This document shows positions 14,301 through 29,300 of a stretch of DNA of 64,000 bases, in pieces. Source of the DNA: Isurus oxyrinchus. Its lineage: Eukaryota. Location: contig JANJGN010000034.1 in NCBI GenBank assembly GCA_026770705.1, positions 3,658,001-3,722,000 on the forward strand. The letters run 5' to 3'. The notes beneath the pieces were generated by a model. The model did not search any database, was not told the origin of the DNA, and worked only from the letters and a program-made list of their open reading frames with translations. The position numbers were made by a program, and so were the translations under genes. The stretch's first letter is position 1; each line of letters opens with the position of its first letter.

Positions 14301-17300
14301 CACTGCGTTGAAGTTGGTCCTGCTTTCTTTCTTCCTGCATTATGTAGCCAAAACCACCAGTTTGCAGGAGCTAGACCTTCCAAGGTCAGCTAATCTGAGC
14401 ATTCTTTATTTATCTATGCCCTACGAACCTCTGATAATATTGCATTCCCCTCACAAATCTGGCGTCAATGACAATCATTGCAATGAAAGCAGCTCAGTTT
14501 TCTACAAGCTGACTTTACAACTTACATCCATGAAAAGATGAAACTTTGTGATAAATTTCATGTGCACCAAAACAAGGGCCTGCAAATGTTTTCGCAAGCA
14601 TTGGTGCCTAGAGTTTCACTCAATGCTTCGATGACAACAAAATCCAAAACAAAAAATGCTGGAACAACTCCGAAGTTCTGACAGCGTCTGTGCAGAGAAC
14701 AGAGTTATCGTTTCGACTCACTTTTTCTTTCAGATTTCCAGCATCAGCAGTATTTTGCCTTTACCAATATTTTGAACATTGTCTATGAGGTGTCACTGAA
14801 AGATTCGGAATAACTTCCATGATTTAGTGAGGTACCTCATTTTGACAAACCAACTATCCGATATGCTTCACTTAGAACTTGCTGAATATATACTGCCAAA
14901 TCGAAATATCTATGCAGTCTTTTGTCACAATTTCTTTGATCCAGCACACTCTTCAGCACCTTTCTATTTACTTTATATTGTCTGTACCTCTCAATAATGA
15001 CAAAACATGTCATCATATATGTCTGTTTGCTAAATTCCATCCAATACGTTTTTTGCCTGTCTCGTAGCGTATCTTTGCCCCGTTGTAATTGATTTGCATC
15101 ATCATGACTGGTTGCACACCGAGAAATGTGCCATCATGGGCAAATTTTGTCCTCGCCATTCCCGTGATATAATCATTCCAATATTTTATGCATTCAATTC
15201 TTCAAGCACTGAAATTTAGAATTCATAACTGCCAATCATAACATTCTCCAGTATAATAGACAAACATTTATTTCCAATGTGTCGTGCCTGTTCATATGCT
15301 TTTTATTTATCTTCTTAAATCGAAGAGACACTAACACTCGTATTTCATGAGTCCATGCTGTGTCATTTATGTGGCTCTTTTTCAAGGGGTGGAAAATTCA
15401 TTGGGTTACAATCCATTGAAACTCATTCACTAGCCTTCCCAATCATTTGGAAAGAGAAAAGAAAGTTGAAAAACCACAGTTTAATTTACCCATTCATTGC
15501 TTGTACCCGCCTCTCTCATGTATTTACTTTCCTTTAATATCTTGATTTTTTTTGTTGAAAAAGGGTCTATCGCTTTCCTAATGTCAACTGTATGTTTCAG
15601 TTGATGAAAATGCCACTGAGATACTAGTCGAGCAGCATCAATCCTTTTCCAAATTTTATTCTGGCTCTCTTGAGCCAAGTGCCTCTCTGAACGTGTTTGC
15701 TGGAATATGTTCCTGAATATAAACTACAGAGAATCCCAAAACCGATGTCAGTCTGATTGTCTGTGGTTGCTACGAATATCATTGCGCACTTTGCTGTATA
15801 ACAGTTGCAAGTTTCCACTGACCTGTTCTCCGTCATTCACTAATATCCAGCGAAAATGTAACCATTATTTCGAACAATCTCACTATTTCTGTTAGCAATT
15901 CATTTATGAAGCTGAAATGCAAGGTAGCTGGACTAAGAAACATTTCCTCTCTAAAGCATAGCATATTCTCTCCGCAGCACCATTTCTTCAAATATGGAGA
16001 CAATCGATCACATCTACAAGTTGCGCTTTTGCCAGCAGGGCGTTCCTTAATAAGGACAAATAAAAAGTGAACCATATTATCCTAGCCTGCACTGCAGCTG
16101 TCACCTTATCTTCACTCATAATCAACAGCCCACCTCTTGTTACCCCTTTAATATATACAGTCTTTTAGAGGATTATTGGGTTACCTTTTAAGTCATCTGC
16201 CAATTATTGACATTTCACTTTTTCATTTCTATTTCCAATTTAAAATGCGTTGTAACCTCATTTTATTTGGCATGCCTCTAGCATGAACACATCTGCTGGG
16301 GTTCATCATATACCCTATTTCATTTTGTTTCCTCACACTCTCTATCACCCTCATCACATAAGGGAGCCTGTCTTTGTGACCCTGCACCATTAAACATGTT
16401 GAATTGTACCCAGCCGTCAGTTCAATCTTATACTGAAAGACTACTAATGCTCCATTATAGTTTATTGTGTCAATCATTGGTTCCATTTTACCCTGACAAC
16501 ATTCTTTCTCAACTATTTTAACTTTGTCCTCTAACAAATTTGAATACCTACATTGGATGTTTCCCTGACCTTCCCCAATAAAAGTCTTTACCTTATGGTT
16601 CATGGAGCACCATCAAGCACAATATGGTCTCAATAAGTTGGAAAGATGTTTTTTCTTAATGTCTCCATTGTAAAGCTATTTCTTGATAAATATAAATTGT
16701 TTTTATGTCATAAGTCAACTTGTGCTTTCCGAGAGGAATGAGTTCCTTTCTGCATTGTGAACTCAGAGATTTATATGATTGTTATGAAACTGTTTTTGTT
16801 GCCCTTCTCCTGTCCTGTTATCACGTGTTTCTTGGTAATATGGGCACAAAACAAATGTAACAGAATGCAAGTATTACGTGAGAAGAGTTCTATACACCTT
16901 TAGCAAAGTGGTATTTTCTCATCGCATTCGCTATAAGTGGATAATGGCAACATTGCATCGTCTCGTGACAGCCTTTTAAAACTGATAATTCATTTCCCTT
17001 GTATGTTTCTACATTGTACTGTTTATTCATGTGGAATGCACATGAAAATGGTCCAATTGATGTGCCTCTCTTGTGTGGTTAACGTTTGCAGCAATGAATC
17101 TGGAAAAATATTTTGTTCGAGCTCCTTCTCTGGATGCAGAATTAATGCTGACACCATTCTCACTATTCCCTTTACAGATTCATCCACAGGCTTACACACT
17201 TACTGTATCCTGTTTTTATCTAATCCTCTTAAAGATGGAAAATCGTTTATGTTTTGAAGGAGCACAACACGCATCTTCTAACTGATTAAAGTAACGTGTT

Positions 17301-20300
17301 ATATTCATTCACGTACCTCCCTTTAGCCCACGTATTTTCTCATCTGTTTGAGAGTCGTAAATGAGTTATAAACTTTCAGCAAGAAACATTGAATTGCAAT
17401 AGTATATCAGTAGTAAATAGCTGTTACAACACACAATAATGCAATATATTGCTAATAGGCAATCAGCAAAAAATTAACAATGCATTAGCAGTATTGACCA
17501 ATGATGATTTAACCTTGATATCCGTTCCCGTGTAAATGAGTGCAACTGCTATTTGTAGGATTATAACATCCAATAGATAACAAACTGACAATTTATTGTT
17601 GTTTTCCATGAAAACTTATCTCAAGGATTGCCGAGAAAAAAAAACTAAGTAAAGAGTTCTGTACTTTATCACACATAAACAGAACTGGTTGAAGGTCTCC
17701 ATCTACTCATTAATTTCAACGTATAAATCATTGAATAGAGAACTGCGGGTGGAAGTCTATTCAGTGACTGGGACGCTCATTTCAGGACTGGTATTCTCTA
17801 AAACCATTTGAGATACCTGCAAGTTCCATGAGGATTTTGGTCTTGTCATTCTAGGATGAACTGGCCTATGATTTGAAAAGTTTTGTCGAATGTGTCGGTT
17901 TGATCATTTGCAATTTACATTGTATTTTATGAAGCAGTGCCTTCAACTGTGGCATGCTGCTATGCTGCAGGTATGGTGTGAATGTCTAAGGTCGTGGGAT
18001 GGATCTTTTTCAAGTGAATTGCTTTGTTTTGGACTTTGCCTTAATTTTGCGTTTTACTGGAACACTTTTGACCTAGGCTAGCTGTGTCTATTCTATATTG
18101 CTGCTGAATTGTTCCAAATGTATGCCGGACAGGATATGAGGATTCAGGCTGTGTGTGATTCGCCAGGGAATCCGAAGCCTCCTAGTAACTGTTGTTGGCA
18201 TAGCAATTATTTGGCTCGTTCAGTGAATTTCTGTATAATACAAACCTCCAAAATTTTGTTGCCAGGGGATTCATGGGTGCAAATGCCGTTGGCTGCCAAG
18301 GGAAGAGTGTTAGGTTGTTTCTTGGGGAAATAGCCATTGTCTGGCAATTTTCCTGCGTGAACGTTATTTACCCATTACCAGACATAGTCAAAACCTCTTT
18401 CCACATATGGGCACGGACTGTTCTAACATCTGATGAGTCAGAAATGGCCCTGACATTACGTAATGATCAGCTAAATTTTTCACTTTTAACCTTAATCCTC
18501 TACCGTGAAAGAGATGCAAAATATCTGTTCAAGTTATCCACCATTTCCTACTTTTCCATTATTAATTCCCCAGGCTAATTCTGTACCTGACCAAAACTCG
18601 CTTTACTTTCTTTTTTGAATTTTAACTAGCTGTGAAAACTCCTACCTGCTTCGTTTTATATTTGTAGCTACAGTTCTCTGATATTCCACTTTTTCTTCAG
18701 TTTTAATGTTTTATTCATGTTTGCTCTTCCTTATATGGTGTCCAATTTTCTAACCTGCCACTCATATTTCAGGAGTTATTACCGTTTCCTTCAAATATGA
18801 TACATTGTTTCACTGTTCTACGTAGCCAAGGGTGAGCTGCCCTTGCCTTGGAGTGTTTGCTTTTCCAGTCATTGGAATACATATTTCCTGAGTATTCTGA
18901 AATACCCCCTTAAATGTCTGCCACTGCATTTTCCTTGACATATCCCGTAATCTAATTTCCCATTTCACTTTACTGGGCTCTGCGTTCATTCCCCACAATT
19001 GACATTATTTAGCTTTAAACAATTACTCTCTGATCCACTCCTCTCTTCCAAAAGTGAAGGTGAAATTCAATCGCATCCTTATTTTTTAATCGTGGCAACT
19101 TCACTACGATGGCATCCCTTAATCCTGTCTCCGTGCATGTTATCAGATCTAGTATAGCCACCAAATCTGCTTGCTGATAAAGCTTTCTGCTCTAAGAAAC
19201 TGTCCCAAAAAAAAAACTCAATCATCTAGGCTACCTTTACCAATCGGATTTGTCAATCTATCTGCAGATTAAAATCATCGACGATTTTCACCCTACATTT
19301 CTCACAGATCATCATTATGTATTTTTATGCAACTGGTCCTATACTGTGGTTACTATAAGGCGCCCATATTTCAAGCCTACGAATTGCATTTTAACTTTAA
19401 TATTTTTCATGTCCAATTAAACTGATTCAACAATTGATCTCCAAAAGTATTGCCATGTGTATCTATAGCAACAATTTCATCCTTGGTTGACTGAACTCCA
19501 GCTTTTTTAGGTGTGCTATCCTTCCAAGTTGTCATTTATTCTTGATATTCAAGTCGCAGCCTTTGTCTCCCTGCAGCCATGTCTCTGTGATGGCTAACAG
19601 ATCATATACATTTACTTCTAGTTGCTTTGTTCAGTGCGTGTGCATTTGTTACATCTGCTACACTCATTGACATAGATGGCATTTAGTGTTGTTGTTTTGT
19701 TAGTCGACTCCTAAGTTTGTACACTCCTTCTCTTCCTTCTTTGTTAATAGTTTCTAGTATGTGCACGTCATTGGCCAGCTTCAATTATCTTAATTGGCCT
19801 TATTTGGAGGGCTCCTGCAGTCACATTTAAACTTTCAGTTGAGTGCAGCAGATTACTTTCTCTGAATGGTATTTAATGAATCAGTGCCTTTCATGTTGTC
19901 TTTAGACGTTTAATACCAGATTATTCATTGAATTCAAATTTCACCATCTGTTCTGCTGGGACTCTAACCTGGGTTGTTAGAGCATTACCCTAGGTCTCTA
20001 GAATACTGCTTAACTGGTGACAATACCAGGATGCCAAGTCCGGAACACCAATTGCATTTTCCTACTTAGCTCATTTGCCTATTATTAACTATTTAAGTTG
20101 CCACATCTTCCCAAACGTCTTCCCGTGTCCCCGAAATCAACCCTACCCCTTCCCACCCACAGCAGATAGTGAATGATGTCAAATTTTCCTCCTGTTCATA
20201 TGTTCTGCACTCTGATTTAAAGTTAAAGGTTAGTTACTTAGTTTCATCTTGGGATCCTTTCCTTTGTCCATGGTGGAAGCAAGTTTCTAATGGGCCAAAA

Positions 20301-23300
20301 CAAATTATGAACAATGCTGAGCGGGTTTCTCCTGTCTATTGTGTGGCTTACTAGCCCTATCAGCCACACCTTCCAGCTCCTTATAATCTATAGCCAACTG
20401 CTAGGTGTTTAATTGGTTGGAATTTGATTTTGAATAATTTTTTTGGACACAATATACTAGGAAATTGCTCAACGTGGCCAGTGTAAGAAGTTTCACTGAG
20501 AAGCGTACTGTCTCCTCTTTCTCGTAAAGCGAGCTCTGGTGCATGAATCTTCAGCACGTTTGTACTAGTTGTGATGGTTCATAAAATATGTTGTATCTAG
20601 TGCCATCACTGAAATCTGGAGTGAATCAAATTGACAGAATACACGCATCTCTTATGTTGGCGAGCTAAGAAGGATTTGGAGTTGTAGAATTTACTCGGCA
20701 AATCTGGTTGGTTACAAATGGTTAAATCTTGGCTTTTCTCGAATCGTGCTGATCCCTGGCATCATTAAAGATGGTGATAACTGTGGATTATCCTCACTCA
20801 GTTTGTTTTTAAAATTCAAAACCACAATTCACGACCTGCTGTGGAAGAGCTGTATGTGTTTGAACTGCTATGTCTGAGGGGTTATTTGCGACTATAACTA
20901 AGATGTAATTTCGGTATGTAATGCAGGGCTCCTGCCACATCTGAATTTGAATCTACGGCCAAATCGAAACTTCAATTTCTTCACGTCCGATTCAGTGCCA
21001 TAAAGTACCTTTCTCGATCGTTTCCAACAATGACTCTGCAACAGACAGCATATTCATTATGTTTATCTGTTGGAAATAAAACAATCAATGTGGCATCAAT
21101 CACATCTTATGTCCATTTTACATGTGGAATGCCACATGAAAGCATGGTACATAATGATTAACAACAGCGAAGAAAACACTCTGTTAGAAATAAAAAAAAA
21201 CATATTACATCGAACAGAGGAATCTCTTTAAAAAACTTAGAGCATTACTGCTTTCCTTCTTTCTCATAATTCTTGCAGGAATCAATTTTCGGGTATTCCA
21301 GATAATTGACAAGGACGTTCTATTTTGTCCATCCAACTGAATGCTAGCAGGGTCTCACTTTAACAACTTCCGTGAAAAGGATGGAACAGTACAAAAGGAG
21401 CTCCACACTTCTTGGACGCGACCATCGTTGTCGAAGTTTATCTTGACCCAATGGCCATAGCAATGCAATCACGCACTGCCGCATTATGAAGTTCGGTGAG
21501 GTATATAAAATTAAGCATTAATCGGCCTCTGAGAACGCTGGCTTTGTACAGTGGCTCTTATGCTGCACTGGCAATTTCTATGTTTCGCGTTGCAGACATT
21601 GAATTCAGTAGTGATAAGGCCACCCAGCCTCAAAAGGTCTGTTTCAAATAAAACCAAATTAAAATTATTAAGACAAAAACAATTGTAAGCACATACGTAT
21701 GTCTACAAAATTACCACTATAATAACTGCAATATCCCCTAATTAATCTGACACTCAGTTACACCCCCATCAGGCAACAGGAAAATTTACAGATTTCAAGA
21801 GGCAGCTGGTAAAGCGCACTCTGGACGGTTACCTTCAATTTGAATTTGTTTCAGCTCTGGGTTCTTGCAGAGAGACTTGAGTCTCAACACGCTGTAGGCT
21901 TCTCACACTTGCCAGATCTTAAAATGCTTCTGTCTTACAAACAATCCCTAATAAACTTTATACAAATCTTTCTGTTCGGATGTACATTTTTCATTGTGTT
22001 TCTAGGATTTACTTATTCTAACAATAATATTCCTTGCATCCACTAATTTGAATAATAAGGTAAAAAAAAAAACACTGTGCCTGGTGTCATCTAATTAGCT
22101 GCAATATTTCAGCAAACTCGTTTGAATGTTTTATTTAAAAAGTGCAAATATCCCACTTCAGACCTGTGTTTCCAAACTTTCCCAATTTTACCTAATTGCC
22201 AGTTCAAATAATGTATTTCAATACCAGCTGGCTTTAATGCAATTATCACACAGATAAACACGCAAACATGGACACAGACACCAGTAAACACCACTTTTTA
22301 ATCGGTATAGAACGCATGCAAATGATTTTTTCAGAACTCCGTAATTCAAACTGTTAGACACTTTAATCTGTTTACCATTAGCTTTTTCTTCCTGCTTTTT
22401 TTCTATTAACAAGCGAACACATTTCCAAAGAATTGCAAATTAATGCCAGTTACTGCAATTTTGGATAAATTATTGCGTAACACATGAATTAGCTAAACAG
22501 TTGTTAAATTTCTACATTTACATATACGTTATGACATCTACCTTTGAACAAGAAACTGGAGGCTAAATAACATGGCCATTCAATCGTTAGAAACAATTGC
22601 TAGTGCATGACTTCATAGTGTATTCTCCATTTACTGCAAGAATTATATCTTTACCGATTTTCCTTGCCTACAAAATTGTTAAGCTACATTAAGTGGGTTT
22701 ACAGGCACCCGTTGAATTTATTTTGGTGACTACAGTGGGAGGAAATCTATATATCTTTATCCGTGCAGTTTTCAAGCAGCCGTGCACCATGGTACTCACC
22801 TAACTCTTTAATCAATTCTTGGCAATTCGCTATTCCTGGAACACAGACAAATTTTAAGTGGCTTTTGTTTCCTTACTTCATTAACAGAATGTTTTAATAA
22901 AAGTCATAGATTTTTTTCAAAATATAAAACACTAACAGAACCATTTCAGTGTGTTGGTAGTTGAGTATCCAGAAGATAAATGATACAGACATAACTTTGA
23001 GGAACAAGCAGATCAGCGGACCAAATATCTGCGTTGAGTTGTAGGTTTAAAGATGCATCCAAAGGTCCATAAAATGGCGGAGTTCCTGAGGCAGCTAAGG
23101 CCATTGCTGACGCCAGAAATAGATAAAGACATAGGCAGAATATTGGCTTGACGGGTAGGTGGGCTTCAGAAGAGGTCTCACCTTGAGGAGTGCAGTTTTA
23201 ACATTGTGGTAGCGCTGCAAGCCCTGACCATATTGAAATTGTCCCAGGATTTGAAAAGAAGAAGAAAACATATATATAATGGAGACATGACCTGATTGGA

Positions 23301-26300
23301 GCCAATGAACATCGCAAAACACATTGACTGCAGGTATTCAAAAAGGTAGCTCAGCAGCAGCTTCTCAAAGGCAATTAGGAATTCGCAATATATGCAGTCC
23401 TGACCAGCCACTCTAAAATTTCGTGAATGAATCAACAAAAAGAAGCAGAAGGTCAAAAAGGATTTGAAGAGGGCAGCTGTTTTGATCAGTTGAACTCTAA
23501 GAATGGAACAGGATGAGAGTCTTGCCAATAGTGCATTGGGAGTGTTTAAGTGCAAAACAGTCAGGGGAAATTTTGCACTCCTAGTTTTGAATAGCATTTC
23601 ATGTTCGTTCTTTCTCAGGATTCCTGGAGGGCATGCTTTGCATATGCCAGATGAATAAACATGCTTGCTGTTGGTCCAGCTGAGCGTCAATAGAGACGCA
23701 AATGATCGTGTTATATTAGAGGGAACAATTCACACAGCAGCAGTTCCTCGATTATTGCAATGGAATACAGGCCTACTAATTTCCTTTAGAATTGACCGCT
23801 ATCGCCGTCCATGAATCTACTTTGATGCCGAGCAATCAGAATTCAATCGGGGCTGAATTTTACGCTCCACAATTGGGAGGGAATTCCTGCTTTGTGGAGT
23901 GTATTATGGGGCTTGATGACTTCGGGCTCCATTTACGATGTCATCATGCCGGTTTCCAATAATACACCAAGCGAATATTTCAAACATGCCCGCATTATTT
24001 GAAGATCAATTTAAAAGGCAATTGAAGTGATTAGCTAACCATTTCACTGCAACGACACGGTCAGAAGGCAATAATGCATCATATGGGCAAGGTTTCTGAC
24101 TGGTGGGAAATCCTTATTTTTAGCACATGCTTTCCTGGGCGGAGTCTAAACTGCGGTTGAAACCGGACTCTCACTTTTGCTTTTAGAAGTCTATTGATCA
24201 TAGAGACTGCTCACATGAGTGGACAGAATGACCCTTTGGATATTTTCGAGTGGAGAACTGTCTTCTTGTCCAACACCCAGCAGGAGTGCCGAAAAGTTTC
24301 TTAGACAGGTGGGCATTGTTGCCGCAGTTGGAAACAAATCCTGCAATGAGGCTGACAGAAGGATTAATAGGAGGAGGAGAATATTAATGAGAGGAAAAAG
24401 GAAACATAGGGAATCTCAGAATGTTGTGCTTCCCCAGGAAGGCAAAAGAGCAGCGTCAGGCCCAGAGCTTCAGACGGAACCTAGAAAGCATCAGCTGGGG
24501 TGCTTGCAAACTTATACCACCCTAAGGGTATACAGGCAATGTTATTGCAATCTGCAACAGACATTATCAGGGCTTTGACCGTTTTGTGGCAATGTGACCA
24601 AGACCTCCTCACCACGCCACAGCTGTTTACATCGTTGGTCACATCCTCCCATGTAACATGAGCTCCGTACTTTTCCCAGCGCTGACCAATAGCCGTTGGC
24701 CCATATACTGCTTTCTGACAGGCACTAATGGCATCTCGATCGAATGTAGAGGCAGATCGGACAGTTCAAGAACGCCCCCCCTCCCCCACCAGCCCCGCAC
24801 TGATGGTGCAGACATGCATGAATGCCAATAAACAATAACTACAATTCAACTATGCCAAAAGGTGGGAAATTACTAATATTTAAAATTCTGCCACCAGTGA
24901 AGACTGTCATGATTGACAAAGATGGATTAATTTTAAAATAAAAACAGAAAATTCCATGAAGTATTCAGCAGACTTAGAAGCATATGTAGCCAAAGGATAA
25001 GAATTAACGTTCAATGCACACATGACACTACGTCACAGCCAAGGGAAGCAGACATGTAATTATTTTTGCACGTTCAAAGAGAGGGGGTGGAGCAGGTGAA
25101 TCAAAATAGAGAGTCAGGAGTAGGTTGAATCTCTGGAGTAATTTGACGGAGATGCCGTGGACATAAGACAGAGAAAGTGAAAATGATACTGTTAAAGATT
25201 AGACAGTCGCTAAAATTTCAGGTGGAAGAATGTGTTAATAGTAGAAAACAGGTCAGCACTCTTTGAAAGCATACCGTACAGACAGGTTGCAAGCCGTCTT
25301 TGCGGGAGATGTGATGTAGTGTACATATCAACATGAAGTTGAAATCCATTGTCTGAACGTGTTGAACTCATTATTTCGTGCCGAATTTTGTGAAGTGCCT
25401 TGCCGGAGTGTGAGGTGCAGTTTCTGTACTATGCTTTGGCCAACTGGGTGGAACGGGGTCTCATCTTAAGATTAGGTGCATTGTAGCCTCCCTCACTTAA
25501 CAATGAGTTCAGCAACTTCATGGAATTGACTCTGCCCTCCATTTTGTTATTGTTCGCACACCCCATGCCCCACTGTGACAGTTCCTAACTTGTTCTTACG
25601 TTTTGCTTTGAGGAAGCCAAGCCCCTTTTTTTCTGCTATTATTAGGTTCTGTTGTTTAAACTTTACGTCACAATAAGTGCCTTAATTCATTTTACCACTA
25701 TCTTTTCCATCTCATTTTGTCGTGTACCCATGACATCATTGATAAATGTCTCCTGAGTGCTCAGCTACCCCTGAGCTGCTATTCTGCTTAATATAGATCA
25801 CCACCTCTCTTTATGAATCCTTTTACATTTCTACCTCTCTTCAGCAGTGATTAGAAACATACGGACTAGAAACAGTAAATCTGTTGCTCCATCCACAGAT
25901 GCCGCCAGGCCAGCTGTGTTATTCCAGAATGTGATGCCTTTATATCAGATTTAATTTAGCTAAAATCTAAATTGCCGTACCTCACAAGACATTCCTTGAC
26001 TCTACATATTAGATGCACACGATTGATCAGCTGATGGTCCTACTGGCAGTGGGAAGTGCAAGATTTGAGTGGGGTTGGGTGAGGTTGGCTTTGCTTTTTT
26101 ATAATGCTGTCCATTGCCTTCCACCAGGTGCCTACAACTTCTGAGACTGGAACTCCCGGCCTCCAGCATTCTTTGGGCATTTATGACAATTCCCGGCAAT
26201 GAGATTATTAGCAGGCGGGCAGCGAAAGCAGCTCGCAATATGAAATGTCGTCAACTACTGGATGCGGAACTCGCCACCAGTGAATATTGTTCAGCCCCAG

Positions 26301-29300
26301 GTCTCTATGTTGCATTGTGGCCTTTAATGCTCGGGGTGATGGCATAGGCTGAGCAATTTGGAATGAGCCCGTCACTGTACTGGCATGATGCTCACTCTTG
26401 ATATTGAGGTGTTGCTGTACATCAGTTTGAATCTGGATGTGAACCGTTTTGGCGCAAGTATTTCATGTGAGGTTGAAGTGAAGGGTTAACAAGGCAAATA
26501 TTTTCCCATGAAGTGCCAGAACAAGGTATTCTGGCATTGACCAGCTCAGTGTTTCATAATTCAAAACTTTGAATGTTTTAATCGGTTTACCTTTGTCTTT
26601 GACTTTCAGCTTTGCTTCTGTTAATCATCAAAAACATACCAAACCAATGCAAAATTAGGCTTTAAATGCCTTACACGGATATACGTAAGGTGCTAACGAT
26701 TCGTTTACCCACAAAATTACTAACATAAACGGCGCAGGTTTGCAAGCATATTGACCTGTGTCCATTGTTATGTACGTTAGGAGTAAATATATCATTATAT
26801 CATGCGTCTGTAACTGCCGAAATATTTGGCAGCCGCGTTTCTCGTTACTCACCCAATTCTTTCAATGTTTCTAGGCACTTAGCATAATCTGGATCGAAGA
26901 CAATTTAATATTTTTTCAATTGTAACCCACATTAGCTTTGTTAATTCACTAATATAATTGCTTGTAAATGTTACAAACATGGTTAATATGTACAAAAGTT
27001 CAAAACATTTTAACAGAATTTGAGGCGGTATATTCACAACATGAATGGTACAGGGCCAATGTAGAGAGGGTGGGTTATGGAGGCGTGGTGGGGGGTGGCG
27101 TGTGGGGGGGGGGGGTGTAGTTCAGTTGGCCGAAGATTCTAGGGTTTAAGTTGTAACCATTTGTGTACATAAAGGGGGCGATCCGGAGGCAGAAATTGCC
27201 TTTGCTAATGCCATAATCAGACAAAGACACAGGAGGCATATCTGGCGTCAAAATTAGGTAGACATCTGAGGAGACCTCACCATGCAGAGTACAGAGTACT
27301 CGTTCATTCCCGAATTTGCAAATTGTTTGCCAGAATTTTAAAACAAGCACAAATGAATTAGAATCAAGCTGTACATGATTGGAACAAATTAACATGACAA
27401 ACAAATGGACGGCCGCCGTTCTTGAAGGCGGCTCACCACTAACTTCTTAAGGGCATTTAGAGGTAGGCAATAACTGTTAACACAGCCAGGGATGGCCATG
27501 TCTGCTGCACGGATCAATGAATATAAAAGGCTGAAGGATAAAATGGACCTGAATATGGCAGCAAAGTTAGAATCAAACTGAAGCCTAAGGATGAAATATG
27601 TTGTGAGTCTTGCCAATAGTGTTTTGGGGGAGTTATATTGCAATGAATAGAGGATGTTCTACCCGTAAGTTTGAACAGGTTAATAGTCCTTCTTTCTCCG
27701 GATTCCTGCAGGTGTCTGGTTTGGGATATTCCAGAAAAGTGAACACGTTAACCTTTTTGTCCACCTGAGGGCCAACGGGTACTCACTTCGGTATCTTCTC
27801 ATATCGAAGTAACAATTGATACAGCAGCCGTCCCACAATCCTTGCACTGGACAACAGACCTCCAGAGCTGACATCTATCACATCCACTTTGAAGCAACGA
27901 GTCAGAGTTCAATTCTAGATCTGTTGCTCTTTCGTATTATGGCACTAATGTGTTTTTTTTTACGCTAAAGTTGAAAGCATAGGGGGAGCTGCTTGGACGT
28001 TTACGTCGTTGTCCAACCATAATTGTGGCATTAGACATTAGGTTTAATGCTATAAACCAGTTTGAAGCATTTTGTGGTACTTATTGGTGCATATTATTTA
28101 ACTAATTGATGAACATACAATCATTCATGTCTTTGTTACTGACCCGAATGAAGGTGGTTTTCAGAATCTCTGACCTTGTCCAGCAAAATGTTTCGTTATT
28201 CAAAGCATTGCACGTTTTACTCGGTGTACCTTTGTCTTTGGCTTGCAACCTGTTTTCTGTTCGGTAGAAAAAGCATTTCGAATCGGTTGCCAAAATTAAT
28301 GCAAGTTACTGCGATGAAAGTGAATTACTTGTGTAGTGAAATAATTGGCCAAGCAGTTGCTAAATTGTTTCATTAACAAATATGTTATGACATGTGGATA
28401 CGAACATCAAATTGGTGCGAAGACTACAATTGCTGCTCCATCTTTAGAAGCTATTACTACCAAATGGCTTTACAGCGTATTTTCCAATTAATCAAATAAA
28501 TAATTCGTTAATGTTTATCCTTGCCGATACTGTTGCTGAGGGTTTGCAGGATCATTGAACTCTATCAATTGATAAGTACAGTTGCAGTAAATATATCAAA
28601 AGAGTGTGTGTTTATAACAGTGGGAGTTTTAAGCAGCCACCTTCCATGTAACTCACCTAATTCCTGCAGCGACCCTTGGCATTTGGCTATTTCTGTGTTG
28701 GAGACCATTTATTTGTATTTAAATTTGCAATGACATTTAGTCCGGTAATTCGTTAATAGAATCATTCTTGCATTATTTTCAATTCAAAAAAAGCTGTAAC
28801 AAAACATTTTAACAGGGTGCAGAGCCATGTTTCGAGGACTGTAATGACACAGCGCCAGAATTGGAGAACAAGCAATCCAGTTGGCCAAAGACCTATGGTG
28901 AGATGTAAAGGTTTAATTTATCCCCAAAGGCTAATGGATAAGTGGAGGCCCTTAGGCAGCAAATGCCATTGCTGGCGGCATAAACCGCTAAATGGACAGA
29001 CGGCATGTCTGGCGAAAATTGTAGGTAACCTGCAGAATAGATCTCACCTTAACGAGAACGGAGAGTTAGGGCTGCCTGCTTGCAGCAAATGAACATAGAC
29101 GAACACAAAGACTGCCGCAGTTCATGAAGGGGGTTCATCATCATCTTCTCCAGTGCAATTCGGAATGGACAATAGGCTGAGCCAGCAATGACCATGTCTC
29201 GTGAACTGCTAAATAAGAAGAACTAATCAAGGCTGAAAGACAAAGTGGATGGGGGACTTTGCTTCATATTTTTTAATCAATTCAAGTCTAAACATGGAAG

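Noticed and set aside
23178-23690. 170-aa ORF
   Set aside because: Spans an antisense LINE tail in a duplicated intron; not kept open in the paralogous units.
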